A stretch of DNA of 64,000 nt from an uncultured Actinomycetes bacterium. Lineage in GTDB: Bacteria; Actinomycetota; Acidimicrobiia; Acidimicrobiales; JACCXE01. Under the pieces are notes generated by a model. The model was not told where the DNA came from. It made no database searches and worked only from the letters and a program-made list of their open reading frames with translations. The stretch lies in NCBI GenBank assembly GCA_963718605.1, contig OY970363.1, positions 834,257 to 898,256 on the forward strand, read 5' to 3'. Both the position numbers and the translations under genes were made by a program. Shown piece after piece: positions 56,781 through 64,000 of the stretch. Positions within the stretch are counted from its first letter, which is position 1, and each line of letters starts with the position of its first letter.

Positions 56781-58741
<1,961 letters not shown>

Positions 58742-58761
58742 ACCGGTGACACTAGAACGCT

Positions 58762-59751
58762 CTACGCGGGGATATCCCACTCTGCGACGAGGAAGCCGCC
58801 GGGGCCTGACGGATCGAGCAATGCGTCGGCTTCGGTGACGCGGCTGCGTGCCTTGAGCGCCTCGAGGTCGCCGATCGAAGCACGGTCGTGCCACGTCGCG
58901 CGCGCCGCGTCGACAAGGTCATCGATGCCGTGACTGCGCAGCCAATCGGCCTGGGTGGTGAGCGCGTGCGGCACCAATTGATCGAACGCGACGTCGGTGG
59001 TGATGTCCTGCGTGCCGGGTTTGCGCAACGGGTCCTTGCCGCGGCCATGGTCGCGGTAGGTGCGCAGCCAATCGCGCCACGCCCGTTTCGCGAGTTCGGT
59101 GGTGGTCCGGGTGCCGTAGTCGATAAGCGCAATGTGCGACCGCTCGAAGATCGCGCGGGCTTGCGCGACCCACTGGATCGAGGCGGTGTGCCACGGGATG
59201 CGTGCACCCGCCTCCGCATCGACGTGATCGAAGCGAGGCACCCTGTCCCCCATCGCGAATGCGTACTGATCGGCGGCGCGTACAACTCGCAACTCGCGCC
59301 AACCGTCGTACGCCCGCTCGACGACTTTGAACACCAGGTTGTCGAGTAGTTCGTTGGCGAGCACCACACCGGTCGGGCCAAGCGAACCCGGAGCGGGTAG
59401 GTCGGCTCGAACGGCGACGATCTCGGCGGCCTCGGCCCGCGCCGGCTCGGCCCGTTCGACAATGACGTACTGCAGCGCCGCCGCGCAGCGCGGCTGCGCC
59501 TTCAAGATCGACGCGGCGAGGGTGCCCCGGCCCCCGCCGGCCTCGACGACCGGGAAGGGCGACGGGTTGCCGAGTTGGTCCCACCACGTATCAAGGGCAT
59601 TCGCGACAACCGCACCGAACAGCGGTCCGATCTCTGGGCTGGTCAGGAACGCGGCGCCACGCCGGCCCGGTCCCGACCCGCTGCTGTAAAACCCACCGCC
59701 GGCATACAGCGCCGTTTCCATGAACTCGTCGAACCCGACGCCGTCGTTCAT
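58762..59751 (-). CDS. MidA/NDUFAF7-like (DUF185) SAM-dependent methyltransferase
   Basis: 329 aa. [16 protein letters not shown]...[12 protein letters not shown]...[16 protein letters not shown], typical of the family. Confidence 0.75.
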   Translation of the reverse strand: MNDGVGFDEFMETALYAGGGFYSSGSGPGRRGAAFLTSPEIGPLFGAVVANALDTWWDQLGNPSPFPVVEAGGGRGTLAASILKAQPRCAAALQYVIVERAEPARAEAAEIVAVRADLPAPGSLGPTGVVLANELLDNLVFKVVERAYDGWRELRVVRAADQYAFAMGDRVPRFDHVDAEAGARIPWHTASIQWVAQARAIFERSHIALIDYGTRTTTELAKRAWRDWLRTYRDHGRGKDPLRKPGTQDITTDVAFDQLVPHALTTQADWLRSHGIDDLVDAARATWHDRASIGDLEALKARSRVTEADALLDPSGPGGFLVAEWDIPA

Positions 59752-59796
59752 CGCCGACCCGATCTGACCATTCTTGTAACCCTCAGTAGCAAAAAA

Positions 59797-59826
59797 CCCC
59801 TCCTCCGCACTACAAGAATGGAGGGG
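59797..59826 (-). terminator. Rho-independent terminator after nuoN
   Basis: Minus strand: CCCCTCC-(16-nt loop)-GGAGGGG followed by TTTTTTGC. It lies 19 nt downstream of the nuoN stop. Confidence 0.5.
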
Positions 59827-59844
59827 ACCCGCGACTCGTTCGGG

Positions 59845-61368
59845 CTAGAGGTGGGCGAGGACGGTGACGTCGGCGAGGCGGCCGAACACCGAGGGATAGA
59901 TGCCCACCGCGACGGTCAAGACGACGGTGATGGCGAGCGCGGTGGCCAGCGCCGGGGGCACGCGGATCGGGGTGACGTCGCCGTCGGGCACCGGGCTCAT
60001 CCACATCTCGCGCGCCACCGCCGCGTAATAGAACAGCGCGATCACCGAGTTCACACCGGCGATGACCGCCAGCGCGATCGCGGCGCCGGTGCCCGCGTCG
60101 AGCGTGGCGCTGAACATGAACAGCTTGGCGAACCAACCGCCGAGCGGCGGGATGCCGGCCAAGCTGAACATGAACGCCGACATGAGCAGTGTCAGGCCGG
60201 GTGCGTAGGTGAACAGCCCGCCGTAACTCGAGATCTCGCCCGACCGAGTTTTCCGCGCGACCGCGATGACAACCGCGAAGGCCCCGAGGTTCATCGCCGT
60301 GTAGACGAGCAGATAGAGCGCGCTCGCCTTTTGCGCAGTCACGAGCGCGTCGCCGTTCGCGCCGGCTACGGCGAAGGGCACGAGGACGTAGCCGGCCTGC
60401 GCGATCGAGCTGTACGCGAGCATGCGGACGATGTTCGTTTGACGCAGCGCAATGAGGTTCCCGACCGTCATCGACAACGCGGCCAAGACCCAGCAAAGCG
60501 GGCCCCACACCTCGTTGTTCGAAAGGAAGCCGACGTACAGGATTTCGATCAGTGCCACGAAGCCCGCGGTCTTGCTCGCGACCGAGAGGAACGCGGCGAC
60601 CGGGGTCGGCGCGCCCTCGTAGGTGTCAGGTGCCCAGAAGTGGAAGGGGACCGCGGACACCTTGAACGCGAAGCCGAGGACGATCATCAGCAACGCGACG
60701 GTGATGAGAGGTTCGGTGGTCCCTGTTTGCGCCAACTGTGCACCGATGTCGGCCAGCACTGTCGTGCCGGTAAAACCGAACACGAGCGACATGCCATAGA
60801 GCATCACCGCCGAGGACAGCACGCCGAGGAGGTAGTACTTCAGCGCGGCTTCGTTGCTCTTGAGGTCGCGCTTGCGCCAACCGGCGAGCATGTACGCGGG
60901 CAGAGACAACATCTCGAGCGCAACAAAGATCGTGATCAAGTCGCGCGACGACGCCATCACGACCATGCCGAGGATCGACGCCAGCAGGAGGAAGCTGTAT
61001 TCGCCCTCGTAGTAGTCGCCGTCGGCCACGTAGTTCGTCGACATCAGCAGCACGACGTAGCCCGTCGCGATGAACAACCCCTTGAAGACCAACGAGAAGT
61101 GGTCAACGACGTACGCGCCGCCGAACATCGTGCGGTCGTGGCCGTCGACCGCCAGCGTGATGATCGGGATAAGCGACGCGAGCACGCCGAGGCCGGCGAG
61201 GTTCGTGACAAGGACCTTGCGGTCCTCGGGCACGACCAAGTCGGCGAGCAGAATCAGCACGAGGACGCCCGTGAGCACGATCTCGGGCGCGAACGCGTGG
61301 TAGTCGATCACGGGACGGTGGAAACCACCCGCGCCCGTCGCTCCGATCAAAGAGGCGATTCGCAGCAT
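59845..61368 (-). CDS. nuoN: NADH-quinone oxidoreductase subunit N
   Basis: 507 aa polytopic antiporter-like subunit. Last gene of the nuo order L-M-N. Confidence 0.93.
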   Translation of the reverse strand: MLRIASLIGATGAGGFHRPVIDYHAFAPEIVLTGVLVLILLADLVVPEDRKVLVTNLAGLGVLASLIPIITLAVDGHDRTMFGGAYVVDHFSLVFKGLFIATGYVVLLMSTNYVADGDYYEGEYSFLLLASILGMVVMASSRDLITIFVALEMLSLPAYMLAGWRKRDLKSNEAALKYYLLGVLSSAVMLYGMSLVFGFTGTTVLADIGAQLAQTGTTEPLITVALLMIVLGFAFKVSAVPFHFWAPDTYEGAPTPVAAFLSVASKTAGFVALIEILYVGFLSNNEVWGPLCWVLAALSMTVGNLIALRQTNIVRMLAYSSIAQAGYVLVPFAVAGANGDALVTAQKASALYLLVYTAMNLGAFAVVIAVARKTRSGEISSYGGLFTYAPGLTLLMSAFMFSLAGIPPLGGWFAKLFMFSATLDAGTGAAIALAVIAGVNSVIALFYYAAVAREMWMSPVPDGDVTPIRVPPALATALAITVVLTVAVGIYPSVFGRLADVTVLAHL

Positions 61369-61371
61369 TAG

Positions 61372-62901
61372 CTAGTTGGCGATCGTCGCGAGGTTGTGGG
61401 CGATGTGCGCGACCGCGCCGTCGGTCATGTTGAAGATCAGCCCCGGCAGCACACCGAGCACGAGGATGAGCACGAGCATCGGGGTCCATGCGAGCCACTC
61501 GGGGCCGTGGACGTCGTGAATGTGGGCGTGGGCGAACTCTTCCTTCGGTTCGCCGAACGCGACGCGCTGGAACATCCACAGGAGGTAGCCGGCGGCGAGC
61601 ACGGTGCCGACCGACGAGATGACCATGTACAAGCGGAACGTGACATCAGACAGGCCGTTGGCCGGGTTGAACGCCGACAGAATGGCCGGGAACTCACCCC
61701 AGAAGCCCGCGAGGCCAGGCAGGCCGAGTGATGCCATGCAGCAGAACCCGAGAATCCAGCCGAGCTTGGGCGCTTGGATGAGCAGTCCACCGAGCCGGCT
61801 CATCTCACGAGTGCCGAAGCGCTCGCCGATCGACCCGGCGACGAAGAAGAGCATGCCGGTGATCAAACCGTGAGCGATCATGCCGAACATCGCGGCGTTG
61901 ATACCGAAACTGGTGAGCGTCGAAATGCCGAGCATGACGAAGCCCATGTGGGCAACCGACGAGAACGCAATGAGTCGTTTCAAGTCCTTCTGGGCCAGAC
62001 AGCCCAGCGCGCCGTAGATGATCCCGATCACCGCGAGCCCACCGATCCACGGCGCCCACGTGTGCGCGGCGTCGGGCAGGATCGGCAGCGCGATGCGCAC
62101 GAAGCCGTAGGTACCGAGCTTCAGCAGGATCGCCGCCAGGATCACCGAGCCGACCGTGGGCGCCTCGGTGTGGGCGTCGGGCAGCCACGTGTGGAACGGG
62201 AACATCGGCACCTTGATCGCGAAGCCCATGAACAGCGCGGCGAAGATCCAGACCTCGGTGTTGTGTGGCAGCAGATCGCCCGCGGTTCGGGCCAGCGTCG
62301 GAATGTCGAACGTGTGGCCGGCTCGGAAGTACAGAGCCAAGAAGCCCAAGATCATCAGGGCCGAACCAAACAACGTGAAGAGGAAGAACTTGATCGAGGC
62401 GTACTGACGGTTGGCGCCGCCCCACACGCCGATCATGAAGTACATGGGCAGCAGCACAAGTTCGAAGAAGACGAAGAACAGGATCAGGTCCTGGGCGATG
62501 AACGTGCCGTTCATCCCGGTCTCGAGCACCAGGATCAGTGCGAGGAACGCCTTCGGGTTGTGGGGCTCCGGGAAGTGATCCCACGAATAGATCACGCACA
62601 GGATGCAAATGAACATCGACAGCACGAGCAGCGGTAGCGACAGTCCGTCGATACCGATGTGGAACCGGCTGTTGATGATCTCGATCCACTCCTTGTTGAC
62701 CGAGAACTGCAACCTGCCGGTGTGGTCGTAGTCGAAGTTCTTCAGCAGCCACGCGCCGACACCAGCCGTGGCAATGGTGGTCGCGAGCGCCACCTGCTTG
62801 ATGAACAGCTCGTTCTCTTTGGGGATCAGCAGCAATAACGCTGCGCCCGCCATGGGCAAGAACATCGCAAGGGTCAGAGCCCAGTTATCGAAACCGTGCA
62901 C
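61372..62901 (-). CDS. nuoM: NADH-quinone oxidoreductase subunit M
   Basis: 509 aa. Typical NuoM blocks (FPFHTWLPDAHTEAPT, SVAHMGF). Confidence 0.95.
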   Translation of the reverse strand: MHGFDNWALTLAMFLPMAGAALLLLIPKENELFIKQVALATTIATAGVGAWLLKNFDYDHTGRLQFSVNKEWIEIINSRFHIGIDGLSLPLLVLSMFICILCVIYSWDHFPEPHNPKAFLALILVLETGMNGTFIAQDLILFFVFFELVLLPMYFMIGVWGGANRQYASIKFFLFTLFGSALMILGFLALYFRAGHTFDIPTLARTAGDLLPHNTEVWIFAALFMGFAIKVPMFPFHTWLPDAHTEAPTVGSVILAAILLKLGTYGFVRIALPILPDAAHTWAPWIGGLAVIGIIYGALGCLAQKDLKRLIAFSSVAHMGFVMLGISTLTSFGINAAMFGMIAHGLITGMLFFVAGSIGERFGTREMSRLGGLLIQAPKLGWILGFCCMASLGLPGLAGFWGEFPAILSAFNPANGLSDVTFRLYMVISSVGTVLAAGYLLWMFQRVAFGEPKEEFAHAHIHDVHGPEWLAWTPMLVLILVLGVLPGLIFNMTDGAVAHIAHNLATIAN

Positions 62902-62911
62902 ACGTAATCCT

Positions 62912-64000
62912 TTATTTAGCGAATCGCCACAATGCGACTGCGAACACGATCAGCGCTCCGAAGAGAACCGCTGCGTACTGCTGCACCTTGCCGGTTTGCA
63001 CCGTGCGCAATGCCCCACCACCGGCGTCGGCGGAAACGCCGATGCCGTTGACTGCGCCATCGACCACTTGCTGATCGATGACTTCATAGGTGAACCGCCC
63101 GAGCATGATGGCGAGGGCGGCGGTCCCGTTGAGGATTCCGTCGAGGATGTTCTGGTTGAACCAGTACGTCGCCCGTGCAATCGGGCCCTTGATACCGCCG
63201 ACCACCCCGTCCGTATAGAGGGCGTCGAGGTAGTACTTGTTGACAAGGAAGTTGTAACCCGCCTTGGGCAGACCGCCGCGGGCGACGACGCCACGGGGGC
63301 CGAGGTTCCGGAAGTAGTAGCCGCCGGCCACCGCGATGCCGCCAACGGCGGCCGCGAGCCCGGCTAGGGCCAGCCCGCCGTTGAAACCATGGTGCGTCAC
63401 GACGTTGCTGACGAGGGCGGGCTCGAACCAGTCGGCGAAGAGTTCGATGTGCAGCATCGGGGCCTGGATCAAGCCGGCGACCACCGAGAGAAACGCGAGG
63501 AAGACGAGCGGGCCCGTAATAGGCAGGGGCGACTCGTGCGGGTGGTGGTGCGCCGCATTGCCGCGCGGTTCACCGTGGAAGGTGAGGTAGATGCAGCGCG
63601 TCATGTACGCGGCGGTCATAAACGCACCGACGAGTCCGAACCAAAGGAAGACCGGGTACCCGTTACCGCTGGCGCCAACGAGGATCTCGTCCTTGGACCA
63701 GAAACCGGCGAAGGGGAAAATGCCGGCGAGGGCGAGCGAGGCAATCACAAACGTCCAGTACGTGATGGGCATGTGCTTCTTGAGCCCGCCCATGTCCTCT
63801 TTCATGTCGAAGCTGTGGTGTGAACCACTGTGCGCGACGGATCCGGCGCCGAGGAACAGGCACGCCTTGAAGAACGCGTGCGTGAAGAGATGGAAGACCG
63901 CCGCGGTCCAGGCGCCGACACCAAGCGCCATCACCATGTAGCCGAGTTGGCTGACCGTTGAATACGCGAGCACCTTCTTGATGTCGCGCTGCACGAAGGC
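62912..64000 (-). CDS. nuoL: NADH-quinone oxidoreductase subunit L, C-terminal part (gene continues beyond the window end)
   Basis: VLAYSTVSQLGYMV...FHLFTHAFFKACLFLGAGSV and a long C-terminal amphipathic region. The reading frame is open to position 64000. Confidence 0.9.
   Translation of the reverse strand, partial: AFVQRDIKKVLAYSTVSQLGYMVMALGVGAWTAAVFHLFTHAFFKACLFLGAGSVAHSGSHHSFDMKEDMGGLKKHMPITYWTFVIASLALAGIFPFAGFWSKDEILVGASGNGYPVFLWFGLVGAFMTAAYMTRCIYLTFHGEPRGNAAHHHPHESPLPITGPLVFLAFLSVVAGLIQAPMLHIELFADWFEPALVSNVVTHHGFNGGLALAGLAAAVGGIAVAGGYYFRNLGPRGVVARGGLPKAGYNFLVNKYYLDALYTDGVVGGIKGPIARATYWFNQNILDGILNGTAALAIMLGRFTYEVIDQQVVDGAVNGIGVSADAGGGALRTVQTGKVQQYAAVLFGALIVFAVALWRFAK

Noticed and set aside
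59575-61371. 598-aa plus-strand ORF opposite nuoN
   Set aside because: It is antisense to a typical polytopic NuoN. Its highly charged R/D/E/H-rich translation has no motifs.

Overview
High-GC, actinobacterial-type chromosomal segment with almost all genes on the minus strand. The backbone is the conserved transcription/translation super-cluster. Read right to left it runs: nuoL(partial)-nuoM-nuoN, a MidA/NDUFAF7-like methyltransferase, acs, htpX, tRNA-Tyr ... tRNA-Thr, tRNA-Met, rpmG ... tRNA-Trp, secE, nusG, rplK, rplA, rplJ, rplL, rpoB, rpoC ... rpsL, rpsG, fusA, tuf, rpsJ ... rplC, rplD, rplW, rplB, rpsS, rplV(partial). Three accessory blocks interrupt this backbone. (A) 3.0-18.2 kb sits between rpsJ and rplC, which are normally adjacent. 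It carries an ArsR divergon (arsR translationally coupled to two kinase-like genes, then AlkB-like and Gfo/Idh/MocA genes, facing arsI-aqpS-arsC). It also carries a frameshifted APH gene, redox/phosphodiesterase/methyltransferase genes, an ABC-2 exporter, and a secreted DUF11 + 4x filamin-repeat gene. That last gene is frameshifted at a (CG)5 run and contains an apparently perfect 618-bp tandem duplication. (B) 36.0-38.5 kb is an ECF sigma / ZAS anti-sigma / lipoprotein / LytM-like module between tRNA-Trp and rpmG. (C) 39.0-52.5 kb is bounded by tRNA-Thr and tRNA-Tyr. Its core is a tightly coupled minus-strand operon: small cupredoxin lipoprotein, cNMP-binding protein with an unrecognised N-domain, CrtI-like flavoprotein, two paralogous two-domain cupredoxin lipoproteins, a multi-TM GAF histidine kinase and a GH15 enzyme. 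This operon is divergent from a REC + LuxR-like + class III nucleotide cyclase fusion and two further response regulators. I consider block C the best candidate for an undescribed system (a cAMP-linked extracytoplasmic copper redox module). That is an inference from domain motifs and gene order, not a database result. No rRNA, CRISPR array, transposase or integrase was recognised. Many long ORFs in the supplied track are antisense or alternate-frame artefacts of high GC content.
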